Source of the DNA: Phyllobates terribilis
Lineage: Eukaryota
Assembly: GCF_046119375.1 (NCBI RefSeq)
Contig: NW_027362765.1
Location: 531,278,001 to 531,342,000 of the forward strand
DNA length: 64,000 nt
Direction of reading: 5' to 3'
Each line of letters opens with the position of its first letter. Position 1 is the first letter of the stretch. Shown piece by piece: positions 32,967 to 45,864 of the stretch. Below the pieces are notes generated by a model. The model had not been told where the DNA came from, did not search any database, and saw only the letters and a program-made list of their open reading frames with translations. The position numbers and the translations under genes were made by a program.

Positions 32967-35900
32967 TGTTATGATCTGCAACAAGTATTAAGGAAAGAAA
33001 GGGGAAAGCTATCCCTACAGTAAGACTTAGCTGAATCCCTACGATGTAGCGGGCTGCCTGTTCCTTGCGAACAGACCCGCCTTAGTCCTCGGCTAGTTTG
33101 AACGAAGACCTATAGCATAACGGGAAGGGTCCCTAAAAGAACTAAGGACTGGAAAAAAAATAGGACACCTCCTAAGCAGAGACGTTGTTGCTGAGCACAA
33201 AAGATAAACTGACAAAAGGTACTAGAGGTCCCAGAAGGACCAAGAAAACTGACAGAAAAAGGCACCAAAGCACCTGGCTAGCAAAACAGTCAAACAACAC
33301 TGAGGTCCATCACAGCCAAAAGGGCGGAGCTGGACTATAAAGGCAGATGGTCACGTGACCACAAAAAACTAGATGGAAAAAACAAACGAGGGTTCTAACA
33401 GTACCCCCTCTTTTATGAGGATCCTCCGGATCCTCCAGGCCCAGGCCTATCCGGAAGCTTCCTGTGGTAAGCTCTAACATGCTTAGGAGCAGAGACATCA
33501 TCAGCCCTTACCCAGGAGTTATCTTCGGGACCGAAACCCTTCCAGGAGACGAGATACTGTAATCTCCCTCTATGCCATCTAGAATTCAAGATACGAGAAA
33601 TTTCATATTCGCCGTCTTCCACCACAGGAGAAACTGTGACAGTGGCATCCCTATCTGATACATCAGCTTTTTTCAACAAGGAAACATGAAACACAGGATT
33701 AATCTTCGAGGAAGTAGGGACATCCAACCTAACCGCTGACGGGTTAATAACCTGAAGCACTTTAAATGGACCCACACACTTAGGACCCAGTTTTTTAGAG
33801 GGAATCCTCAACCGCAGGTTCCTTGAGGACAACCAAACCATGTCACCCACAGTAAACAAAACCTCCTTACGTTTCCTGTCAAAATACTTCTTGGACTTCT
33901 TGTTAGCCTCTTGAAGGTTGCAACATACATTAGTCCAAACTCTCTCCAAATCACCGGAAAAATTTTCCTCCTCCGGCACTGCCAACCCCAATTTGGGGGA
34001 CGAACCAAAAGACAGATGTCTCCCAGTACAAAAAAAAAAGGAGAACACCCAGCTGAGGAGGATATATAATTGTTAAGAGCAAATTCTGCGAGAGGCAGAA
34101 ACTCAGACCACACCTCTTGATTGTCCGCCACAAAACAACGCAAAAACTGTTCTACATCCTGGTTCTTTTTTTCAGTCTGTCCGTTAGACTCAGGATGATA
34201 CCCAGACAAAAATGACAAATAGACTCCCAACCTGTCACAAAAAGCACGCCAAAAGCGAGTTACAAACTGAGGTCCTCTATCAGAAACAATATCCGTGGGA
34301 ACACCATGAAGCTTGACAATCTCCTTAACAAATGCCTTAGCGAGAGTCTTGGCGCAGGGCAACTTAATGAATGGAACCAAATGACACATCTTACTAAAAC
34401 GGTCCACGACCACCCAGATGACAGTGAAACCTTCGGACAAAGGCAGATCAGTAATAAAATCTATTGTGAGATGCGTCCAAGGCGCACTAGGAACCTCCAG
34501 AGGGCAAAGCAACCCCTAAGTAAGTGAAGCCTTTGACCTATCACACACAGTACATTGACGCACCCACTTGATGACTTCTTTCTGCCATCCAGGCCACCAA
34601 AAACTGCGACTGATAAGTCTCTTAGTCTCAGAAATTTCTGGATGACCTGCCAACCGAGACTCATGACACTCCACAAACAAATCTCTCCTAAAGGTTCTAG
34701 GCACGAACAACCTCCCATGGGGAGTGTTAGATGGAGCATCATCTTGAGCTTTCAGAATCCCATTCTCCAAAACAGAGTCCAATGCCGCTATCACAACTCC
34801 GTTCTGTAAAATGCTCTCCTCCTCCTCGGAACCGACCGTAGGAGAGAAGCTGCGAGATAAAGCATCGGCTTTCTTAGTACCACAGATATAGGAAACAGAA
34901 AAATGAAACCGAGAAAAAAAAAGTGCCCACCTAGCTTGACGAGCATTCAAGCGCTTTGCAGCATCCAGATAGATCAAATTCTTATGATCTGTGAAAACCT
35001 GAATAGGAAATCTAGTGCCTTCCAAAAAATGACGCCAATGTTCAAACGCGAGTTTAATAGCCAGCAACTCCCGATTTCCAACATCGTAATTCAGTTAGGT
35101 TTCCAAAAAAAATTTCGAAAAGAAGGCACAAGGATGTACTCCATCCATGTTCTCCTGAGACAAAACTGCTCCGACCCCCACCGATGAAGCATCAACCTCG
35201 ACCAAAAAAGGCTTGGTCTCATCAGGCTGCATAAGGGTAGGGGCAGAACTGAACCTCTCTTTGAGATACTTAAATGCTTCAATGGCCTCAGTAGTCCACT
35301 GGACCATATTCGCACCTTTCCTGGTGAGATCGGTTAGAGGCTTAACAATTACAGAAAAATTCTTAATGAATTTCCTGTAATAATAGGCAAAACCCAAAAA
35401 TCTCTGTATAGATTTCAAACCAATAGGCCTAGGCCATTTCTGCACAGCCTGAACCTTCACCGGGTCCTTCTCAAAGCCCTCGCTGGAGACAATGTAGCCC
35501 AAAAAACTAATCTTCTGCACAGTGAACTCACATTTCTCCAGCTTAGCAAAGAGTGAATTATCACTCAATAACTGCAAAACTTCACGTACACTCTGCCAAT
35601 GGGACTCCAGATCTGGCGAATAAATCAAAATGTCATCTAAATACACAACAACATTCTTACCAATCAAACGTCTCAGGATGTCATTAATAAGGTTCTGAAA
35701 AAATACAGGTGCATTGGTAAGACCAAAAGGCATCACCAGATTCTCAAAATGACCTACTGGAGTGTTAAAAGCAGTTTTCCATTCATCACCCTTCTTCACT
35801 CATAAAAAATTGTATGCCCCCCAGAGATCAATCTTAGAGAACCACTTGGCCCCCACTAACTGGTTAAACAAGTCAGGAATTAACGGCAATGGGTAGGAAT

Positions 35901-37938
35901 TGCGTACGGTAATCTTATTAATTTCACGAAAATCCAGACATGGACGTAAACCCCTGTCCTTTTTTTTAACAAAGAAAAATCCAACTGCCACAGGTGACTT
36001 AGAGGGTCTAATGTGACCAGCAGCCAGGCTAGTCTGTATGTACTCCTCCAAGGCCTTTTTTTCAGGGATAGTCAGATTAAATAAGCGACTCTTGGGAAGA
36101 GCAGCTCCCGGAACAAACTCAATGGCGCAATCATAATCCCTATGAGGAGGTAAAAATTGTGACTTCTCCTCCGAAAAAAAACCTCCAAAAATCTTGAATA
36201 GGTACAGGTAATTCCCCTTTTTCCACAGCCGTAATGCGACCATTGCAACATTTATCATAGCACTTCGGACTCCAAGACTTTATTATATTAGTAGACTAGT
36301 CCAGCAAAAGATTGTGCAGTTTTAACCAAGGCAATCCTAGAACGACCGGAGAGAGTAAATTATTTAATACAACCAAGTCCAAAATTTCTTCGTGAAGTCC
36401 ATTGATAGTGAGAGGAAATGCAGCAACCTTGTGAGTAATACATTTCAAGGGAGTGTTATCAATTTCAATCACAGAAATAGGTGATGACAAATGTTTTGTT
36501 ATCTATTTAAGTTTTTCCAAAAACCCTTTATCAATCACATTAAGTGTTGAACCACGATCCACAAATACCTGAAATTCAATCAAATTTTCCTGCTAAGTAG
36601 TACTCCCTGAAAGAAATACTCAACAAGCTATACGGGCGTAACTGACCTTTTTTTTTCTTTTCTTAAACGAAGCTCACAACACTTAATCAAATGGTCTGCT
36701 TTACCACAAGAAAGACACAATCCCTCGGCGAACCTTCGGTTTCTTTCCTGAGAGGGGAGTGACTTCGCCCCAACCTCCATCGGTTCTCTGCCGTCTGAGC
36801 AGATTTTCTGGGGACTAGGACCTGGCATTACAGGAGTCTTTACCTCATTCTGCCTAAATCTCAGCCTCCTGTCCACACGAACAGCTAATTGCATGGCATC
36901 CTGCAGAGTCTCAGGTGCGGGGAATGCAATTAGCAAATCCTTAACCCTTTCACTCAGACCAGCAAGAAATAGACATTTCAAAGCAGGAGCATTCCATTTG
37001 ACTTCTGAAGCCCATCTTCTAAAGTGTGTGCAATAATTGTCAACATCACCTGACCCCTGATTCAAATGCCTGAGTTCTGCCCCAGCAGATGAGATTCGAT
37101 CAGGATCGTCATATAATAGATCCATAGCAGAAAAAAATTCTTCTACAGACCTTAAGCATGGATCATTAGGTTGAAGAGAAAAAGCCTACCCCTGTGGTTC
37201 ATTGCGCAAAAGTGACATAATAAAACCAATGCGCTGTGATTCATTCCCAGAGGACCTTGGTCTCAAACGAAAATATAACAAACAAGTATTTTTAAAGGAA
37301 TAAAAATCTTGCTGCTTACCATAAAAAACATCAGGCAGTCCTACCTTGGGTTCCACAAAATGCACTCCAGAACAGCTACTCACGTGTTGCTGGAGCTCAG
37401 CCATCTCCAGAGACAATCCCTGCAAGAGTTGAGCCAAATCCTGGAAGGAAGCCACATTGATCCCCGAATTTCTTTCCTTTAGTTTCTTTGGGCTGGACTT
37501 ACTGTTATGATCTGCAACAAGTGCTAAGGAAAGAAAGGGGAAAGCTATCCCTACAGTAAGACTAAGCTGAATCCCTATGATGTAGCGTGCTGCCTGTTCC
37601 TTGTTAACAGACCCGCCTTACTCCTCGGCTAGTCTGAATGAAGACCTATAGCATAAGGGGAGGGTTCCGTAAAAGAACTAAGGACTGGAACAAAAATGGG
37701 ACACCTCCTAAACAGAGAAGTTGTTGCTGAACGCAAAAGATAAACTGACAAAAGGTACTAGAGGTCCCAGAAGGACCAAGCAAACTGACAGAGAAAGGCA
37801 CCAAAGCACCTGGCTAGCAAAACAGTCAAACAACACTGAAGTCCAGCACAGTCAAAAGGGCAAAGCTGGAATATAAAGGCAGATGGTCACATGACCGCAA
37901 AACACAAGATAGAAAAAACAAACAGGAGGGTTCTAACA
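32967..37938 (-). mobile_element. Sushi/Tf1-group chromovirus, copy 2 (full length)
   Basis: LTRs 37503-37938 (5') and 32967-33400 (3'), ~92% identical by eye; exact TSD CTTGG; PPT at 33404-33414; PBS AAGTCCAGCCC. Confidence 0.97.
33413..37455 (-). pseudogene. gag-pol of copy 2 with multiple stops and frameshifts
   Basis: Gag 37455-36628, YLDDILIYS, TDHKNL, SDRGPQF, chromodomain QYLVSWKGFGPEDNSW. Confidence 0.95.
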
Positions 37939-38960
37939 CTTGGTATGGTGAACAGTCAGCATGGGGGCTCAGTATAGACAAGGGGCAGTGTTGGGGGCTA
38001 AGTATGGAGAGAGCGCAGCATTGGGTACTCAGTGGGGAGAGGAAGAGATGATAGCATGGGAGACTCAGTAAGGAAAGATGGCAACATTGTCAAAAGGGCT
38101 CAGTATGGAGGAGGGACAGCGTGGAGAGGCTAAATAGAGCAGAAGCAGTGTGGTGGGCTCATTGCGGAAAAATGGAAACATAGGGGCTCAGTATAGAGAA
38201 TGGGCAACGTGTATTACTCATTATGGAAAATGGGCAGTGGGGGGACTCAGTATGAAGAAGGGGCAGTGTAGATTGCTCAGTATGAAGAAGAGATAGCCTA
38301 AGGGGCCCAATAAGGAGAGGGGGCAGTGTGGGAGTTGTAGTATTGAGAAGGGGAGAATAGGGGGCCAAGTATGGTGAGAAGGCAGTGTGAGGGCTCAAAA
38401 TAGAGAGAAGGCAGCATGGGGGGCTCAGTATGGAGAATTGATGGCATGAGGGAGACAATGTAAAGGGAGGCTTAGTTTGGAGAAGCAGCATGGGGGCTCA
38501 ATATGGAGAAGGAGCACATGGGGCAGCTCAGTAAGAAGAAGGGGCTGCGTGGGGGACTTAGTATCATGAAAGAGCAGCATGGAGGAACTCAGTGGAAAAA
38601 TGGTAGAGTGGGAGCTCAGTATGGAGAGAGGGCAGCAGAGGGGGCTCAATATGGAAAGAAGGCATCATGGAGTTGACAATATGAAGGGGGTCTCAGAGAA
38701 AAAACATACTTTAAAAGCCGCCGGGGACTTCTCCCTGCCCGCTCTCCTTGAATGCATGTATTGGGAGAATTCCTTGCCTCTCTTCCTCTGTGTCTAGTTC
38801 CCCATGTGGCTAAGTTGCTGGCAGCTTTTAATGTATGTATTTTTATGAAATGCCGCAGAACTTCAGAATCAAACATACCTGGCTGAGATCTTACAGCCAG
38901 TGTCTCATACATGCTGCCCATGGCTTGGACAGCATGTATCAGCTGTTAGGTTCTTTTTAA

Positions 38961-39500
38961 AGGGGTTGTTCCACAAACAAAGTGTATTATACTCACTAGA
39001 TTTTGGAATAAAAATAATCTCCACAATTAAATGTGTTGAAAAAAAGTGTTTCTGTGCTGAGATAATCTTATAAATGTGCCCCTGCTATGTCCTGTGTAAT
39101 GGCTGTATCTGACCGTGCAGGAGAATGGTCTGCACATACCAAAGGTTCTGGACAGGGAGGAAGCAAAAGAGTATATGGACATTACAGCATAGGATTGCAG
39201 CTAATTCTTTTTGCCCAGACTGTTTTTAAAACAAGTTTTACCTCAAAGAAAGAATCAACTCTGATCTTGTTCAGTAATGTCAGTTTATTTTTTTTTCTTC
39301 CTCCCCTGCCCAGGAGCTGTGGTATGATCAGACCATGTTCCTGTACAGTCAGACACTGCCATTACACCGTACATAGCAGGGGCACATTTATAAGATTATT
39401 TCAGCACAGGAACACTTTTTTTAAACAGATCCAATTGAGGAATTTATTTTTATTCCAAGATCTATTGAATAAAATTACCTTTGTTAGTGGGACAATCCCT
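38961..39500. mobile_element. T2-family MITE, complete
   Basis: TTAA|AGGGGTTGTTCCAC...GTGGGACAATCCCT|TTAA; long internal inverted arms. Confidence 0.9.
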
Positions 39501-40149
39501 TTAAGCAAGCTTAAAAATTATTTCATCCAACAAACGAAAGTTTTGTTTGTGCATGGAGTGATTGACAGCCTGTTTAGATAGATCGATATTTTGTTCTCAA
39601 TTATCAGCCAGTGTAAATGCACTTTAAAGAGGAAGTAAACTTTTGAGAAATTTTTTATATGTTTTAGGCTCTTTACATCTAAGCAGATCAGTTGGGAATC
39701 AGTCCCTGACACCCCCCACCAATCACTTAAAAAACTCTTAAAAGTGCATTACTCAGGACATAGGAGATCATGTACAGAGCGCAGAATAGATGCCGTAGAA
39801 ACTCATTGGCTTTCTATGTGCTCTTGTCTCCTGAGCTGCACACTTCTAAGAGGTCTTTTGAGCAATCAGTTGAGGTCTCAGGGCGTATGCACCTCGGATC
39901 TTCCTAGCATTAAAGGGTATAAAACATATAAGACATATCTCAAAAGTTAAATAACTCTTTAAATGTTTAGTGGTACTGTCTGTGTCTAATTAGTACTGTG
40001 GTTCCTGTATGGTCTGCAGTATGATGATGGCTGTTAACAACAACTCCCATCATCTTCTTATCATTGTTAAAGATATACTAGTAGTCATAGGTGCATGTGA
40101 TACAATTGCATTTGCCAGAGGCTGACCTGACATTGCAATTGATCGCTCT

Positions 40150-40450
40150 AGTAAGCTTGATGCTCTATTCATGTATTGATAATGGTTCTGGTGCTGTATT
40201 CATATACTAATGGTGGTTCGGCTATTTTATTCTTGTACTGATGATGGTTCTGGTGCTGTATTCATGTACCGACACTGGTTCTAGTGATGCATACATGGAC
40301 TACTGATGTACTAATTGTGGTTTTGGTGCTATATTCATGTACAAATTATGGTTCTGGCGATGTACTCATGTAATAATAGTCATTATAGCACTGTATTCAT
40401 ATGCTGATGGTGGTTCTGGTGCTGCATTCATGTACTGATTATGTTCATCA
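40150..40450. repeat. ~30-bp minisatellite (GATGGTTCTGGTGCTGTATTCATGTACT)
   Basis: About nine degenerate tandem units. Confidence 0.75.
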
Positions 40451-42339
40451 ATAACAGCGGATTTGGCCAATGTTAGTGGCTAAGACCCACACATTAGACT
40501 GTCAAAAGGGTATGGGCACTCTTAGGGTATGTGTACGCGATGTGTGTGAACACAGAGACTTTTACATCCGAAAATGTTTTAGGACATGCAGGCATGTCTT
40601 TTGTCATGAAGCATCTTTTTGGGGGGTGATCTTTTCTGTCATTTTTCCAACATTTTATTAAATAAAGTAGTGAAGAATGGTCAGGTCACTTCTTTTAACC
40701 TCTTTATGTTTTTGGAAACCTGAAGCAGTGAAAGAAGCTCAAAAGACTAAACATATGGCAAGACAGTTTTACATTGCCGTAAATATGTTCATTGTATTTA
40801 AGCATTTATTTCACACTTTTTCAGGCAGGTTACAAAGTGTACCCACCAGCAAAAACGTCGTGAACACTGGCCTAAATGTGACTTACCATTAGAAGCGTAA
40901 CCACTTAAAATGCCTAGGGAAGCATGAATGTAAAATACAGCTCTATGTACTCTTGTTGGAAATGACCTTTCTATTGCTTTTTCCATTTCCTTTTTTGGGC
41001 AAGTTGTATGCAGCTCATCTATCCGGTATGATCTGCTTACTGGTTATAATCATATGAAAACCAATGTCAATATGTATAGACATTTTATGCTATACAGGAT
41101 ACTGACTGCATATGGAAGTAAAAAACTGTCATAAATCATATTCAGCTAAAAATTTCCTGTGCATCAAATAAACAGGCACTAGTAATAATAGTAACAATAT
41201 AAGCTGGTGAAAATATATACTTTTATATAACTGGTCATTACAGACAAGCTATTTACTCTTTTTTTCTCATCATTTTACTCTATTCTTGCAAGCTGGGGCA
41301 GTGGGAAGTAATGAATGTGGAAGGGACAGCGAGAAAAGGAAGAATGATTTTCAGGCAGTAACAGATATGAGTGAATTCCTCCACTCCCCGGGGACTCTGC
41401 AGACACTTTGCAGAGATGTTACTCTGGAGTTCCAGACTATGATAAATATGATAATTTGTATAAAATTTGAATGGGTTCTTGTTTTCAGGGAGAATGGCTC
41501 AGATGATGAATGTTCATGATTTTCAGATAGATGGCTGATAAAAAAGTGTATTGAATTGTTGAAAGCGATTTTAATTTTAATTCTCTACCTGCAGATGTCT
41601 GATAATAATAATGTCTTCTAATAAAACAAGAAGGTGTCAGTTTAAAAAGCAGTATCTCGCTTCACTTCACTCCTCTCATCCCTAAAGTGTGGCAACATTA
41701 ACCTCTTCTGATAAAAAAATCAAACTACATTATTACAGACTTATTAATTTAATACAAGAAATCTTCAAATCGATAGTTTAAAAAATAATATTGTCTGAAT
41801 TTTAACCTTTCATTTTGTCAAGTTCCCTCATCTTTGATTCACAGGAATATGAAGAGGTTTTCAAAATGTATCGTTTTTTTCTCTGTTTTATTCTGAAAAT
41901 AATCTATTTAGATTAAACTATTGTCAATTCACTTGTCTGCAATTATATGTATTTTTAAGCACACATTTACATTTAATGCATTACTGCAGTGTTTTTATAT
42001 AGGAAGGCTATTCAATCTCTTTGTACCGGAGTCTCACAAGCCAGAATAAGCTGATGTCTGGATTTCACGATCCAAAGTCCATATGAAAATTAAACATATG
42101 GCTCTGTTTACCATTTCACTCTTCATCTATGATTAAAATATTACCCAAATCAGTCAATTATGTTACTAAACCAGTTATTGCTATAGCCAAAGAAAGTCCT
42201 GTGCAGCTTATGATCAGTTTTATGAAAACTGACTTCTTAGATGAGTATCACCAAAAACTTGAGGCACATCACTGGTGACACCTACCTCATAGTTTGAGAA
42301 GTAATGCATTATACTAAATTGTGAGAGATTGGAGAATAA

Positions 42340-42605
42340 GGGTAATTGGTGGCTCAGTGGTTTGCACAATTACCTTGCAAAAAAGGAGCCCTAGGTTCAA
42401 ATAGAAGTAACTTCTGCATAGAGTTCGTATGTTCTCCATGAATTAGTGTGAATTGTAGCATGTAGTATGGTTTCCTCCACAATTCAAAGCATTGCTAGTT
42501 TAGTATGTATTTAGTTTAGTGAACTAAGATTGCACAACAATTTAGGGACAATAAGTGATGACAATCTATTCAGTGCTGCAGAATGAACGCATTTGGGCTA
42601 TATAG
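42340..42605 (+). mobile_element. Old V-SINE copy
   Basis: GGTGGCTCAGTGG...GGTTCAAAT head, GTATGTTCTCC...GGTTTCCTCC body; homologous to 27489-27773. Confidence 0.65.
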
Positions 42606-42614
42606 TCATTATAA

Positions 42615-42976
42615 GGCTATGTGCCCACGTTGCGTAAATGAAGCAGAAAATTTCTGCCTCATTTCCGCATGTCCTCTCCCGGAATTCCGCACGCGTTTAT
42701 CACGCGTTTTTCACGCGTTTTCGACATGCGGAATTGCCTTGCATTTTTTCATGCATTGAATAAGGCAATTCCGCATGCGGAAACGCAAAATTAATGAACA
42801 TGCTGCGGATTTTTGAACGCAGCATAAACGCTGCGGAAAAATCCGCAGCATGGGCATAGAACTTGCGGATTCTCATTGGGGACCATGGGTGCAGATTAAC
42901 AAGCGTTTTACAAGCGTTTACGCTGCGGAAAATCCGCATCAAAAACGCTTGTAATCCGCAACGTGGGCACGCAGCC
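42615..42976. mobile_element. Harbinger-type MITE
   Basis: TIR GGCTATGTGCCCACGTTGCG / CGCAACGTGGGCACGCAGCC; TWA flanks. Confidence 0.8.
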
Positions 42977-43236
42977 TTAATAAAGAAAGAAATGGAAACA
43001 TTTTTACCAATAACTAACAAAACCTAGGAAAAAAACATTAAACAGTACAGTAAGTAGAGTAAATATTAGTAATACATGTAAAAAACACAGGACACTTAGT
43101 TGACTTCATTTTGATCAAAAGAGCTTAGAAGCCATTCCACCACGACAAGGTGTACCCAATAAAGATGGTCCCTATTTCTCGTAATTTACCTCCCTATATT
43201 CTTGCAGGCCTCAAAATAGATAGGGGGAAGTTATAA

Positions 43237-43674
43237 GGCTGTGTGCCCACGTTGCATTTATGAAGCAGAAAATTTCTGCTGCATAAATGCAAGTCCTCTC
43301 CCGGAAAAACGCATGCGGAATTCCGCACGCGTTTATCGCGCATTTTTCGCGCGTTTATCACGCGTTTTCCACATGCGGAATTGCCTTGCGTTTTTTATGC
43401 ATTGGACAAAGGCAATTCCGCTTGCGGAAACGCAAAATTAAATGACATGCTGCGGATTTTTGAACGCGGCATAAACGCTGCGGAAAAATCCGCAGCATGT
43501 GCATAGAACTTGCGGAATCCCATTGGGGACCATGGGGTGCGGATATACATGCGTTTTTCAAGCGTTTACGCTGCGGAAATTCCGCAGCATATACGCTTGA
43601 AAAATGCTACGTGGGCACACAGCCTTATGCAGCAGAAATTTTCTGCTTCATAAATGCAACGTGGGCACATAGCC
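43237..43674. mobile_element. Harbinger-type MITE, same family, with an extra internal right end
   Basis: TAA TSD both sides; ~50-bp inverted termini; second GTGGGCACACAGCC|TTA at ~43611-43627. Confidence 0.85.
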
Positions 43675-44110
43675 TAAGTGTAATGTGTAGGTGCACATTC
43701 ACACAAGGGATATTAACAGACAGATCCTAGTTTCAAAACAATAAATAGATACCCTGCAGAAAGAAAATAAATAATAGTAATACATGTAAATAAAAGAGGA
43801 TTCTTAGTTAATATCATTTTGATCAAAAGAGCATAAAAGCCATCCCCCCACTGCAAGGTGTACCCAATGAGGATGGTCCCTAACTCTAGTACCTCACCTC
43901 GCTATGTGCCAGCAAGCCTTTGAATAGACTGGTGACAGAGCAGGACCTGGGCCTGACTGTGCTTTACACCTACACTTTTGTGCAACAATTTGCAATCAGG
44001 AATTCTTGTTCAATCACGGATTAACTAAAGGGGAAACTACAATACAAGTAGTACTGTTTGTTCAAGTAGCCCATACTGAAGAACAAGTATTATATTAAAT
44101 AGATTGGTAC

Positions 44111-44398
44111 TAGTGATGAGCGAATGTGCTTGAATAAGGGGTTATCCGAGCACGCTCGGGTGCTGAGTAACTTTGGCGTGCTTGAAAAATAGGTTTGAGT
44201 TGCCGCAGCTGCATGTCTGTTAGACAGCCGCAACACATGCATAGATTGACCAACAAACAGGCAATCCATGCATGTGGTGTGGCTGCCGGACAGACATGCA
44301 GCTGCGGTGACTCAAGCCTATTTTTCGAGCGGCCGAAGTTACTCAGCACCCGAGCGTGCTCGGATAACCCCTTATTCAAGCACATTCGCTCATCACTA
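44111..44398. mobile_element. hAT-type MITE
   Basis: Exact 8-bp TSD ATTGGTAC; >60-bp perfect inverted termini TAGTGATGAGCGAATGTGCTTG... Confidence 0.95.
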
Positions 44399-45414
44399 AT
44401 TGGTACTGTTTGGGTGAAAAATGGGTATTTCTGATGTTCAGGAGGGCTTTACATTATGTAAAGAAAATTCCAAAATATTGAGAAATTTCATTGTAATCTA
44501 CTGATCCTTCCTGTCACGATCTGCAAACTAAAGGATTCTTCTTCTAAAGGATTATTCTCCACCCATCCTTGAGCAATAGGATCTTTTTAATTTTTGTACC
44601 TACAAAAGTGTGTTTATCAATAATAATAATATAGACTGCTCCAGGGATTAGACCTATTAGTAACCCAGTGGGTACATATAGCAAGTAAGGCTGCCTTTCC
44701 ACATATCCATCGATCAGAATTTTTTTCCCCCTTTGGCTTTGAAATGTAATGCCAGAAGGAAACTGATTCAAGATCAATCAATAGCTTTCAATTGGATCTT
44801 TCACATTCACCTGATTCATCAGTTGATGCACATGACCCTTCAAAGAGTTAGATCAGAACCCACTATATGCTGCTTTTTGGATCAAGCTGATTAGTGTTGC
44901 TATAAAACTGGTCATAAAAAGCAAAGCTGGATGACAACAGATGCAGCTCTGACATCAGTTAGAGCATCGAAAAACTTTATATGAGCATGAAGCTCTCTCA
45001 AACACAAGTTCAGCAATACCTTTACCTCTGTCATCGAGAAATCAGCATTTGAAGTTATATGCAAATGAAGCTTAAGGGCTATGGTAGATCTGAAGCCATT
45101 GTCACTCCAGCCCTATTCCCTGTCCAGCACCGACTCCTCTTCCTTAACTGATGGCTCCTTTGCCTGAAGTCACACAGCATAGAGACTGTCGGTCTGATGA
45201 ACGGACTGGCCATGTAAAGGTATTGCAGGACTTGTCTTTGAAAGAGCTAAATTCACATATAAATAGTTTGGGAGGGTGAAATCCTGCTGACAGATTCCTT
45301 TTAATCTAATCTCTTTGCATCAATTTGTTTCATTTGAACAGAATGACATTTAATACATTTAGATATATTTATCTAGTTACCTGATATCTATTTATCCATA
45401 TTTTATCTATGTTA

Positions 45415-45864
45415 AACTATGTTCTCACATTGCGTTTTTTATGCAAATTTTAAGCTGCGTTTTACAGTAGCAGCAAAAGCTATGAGATCTCAGAAATCTC
45501 ATGCACACACATTGGTTTTTTCCTGACTTGGAAAACTGCTGTGTTTTTGAAAATTGCAGCATGTCAATTCTTTCAGCGTTTTTGCAGCGTTTTTTCATCC
45601 ATAGAAGGCAATAAGTAAGTGCAAAAATGCAGCAAAAAAACAGGTATCAGATTTTGCTCAGGAAATTGCATCATGTGCTTTTTGGGGCACTAAACTTTAT
45701 CAGCATGCACAAGAGACAAATGTACCTGAAAAAAAACGCAGCAAAAAAATGCAGTAAAAAATGTAGCATAACCTGCTTTTTGTAAGCAGCTTCTTTACTG
45801 CAAAGAGAGCAAGTTTTGCCTGCTGAAAAAAAGCTCAGCAAAAACGCAACATGTGAACACAGCC
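45415..45864. mobile_element. Degenerate Harbinger-type MITE
   Basis: Right TIR CGCAACATGTGAACACAGCC|TTA; decayed left TIR; GCGTTTT/AAAACGC inverted motifs. Confidence 0.65.

Larger units (their letters stand above)
31251..38690. repeat. G-rich minisatellite (GGGGGCTCAGTATGGAGAAGGGGCAGCAT, ~30 bp), split by Gypsy copy 2
   Basis: Dozens of degenerate units at 31251-32960 and 37945-38690. Confidence 0.85.

Noticed and set aside
43060-43920. Apparent tandem duplication of MITE plus ~150-bp repeat
   Set aside because: The ~150-bp copies are only about 75% alike and MITE positions differ; more likely independent insertions of common repeats
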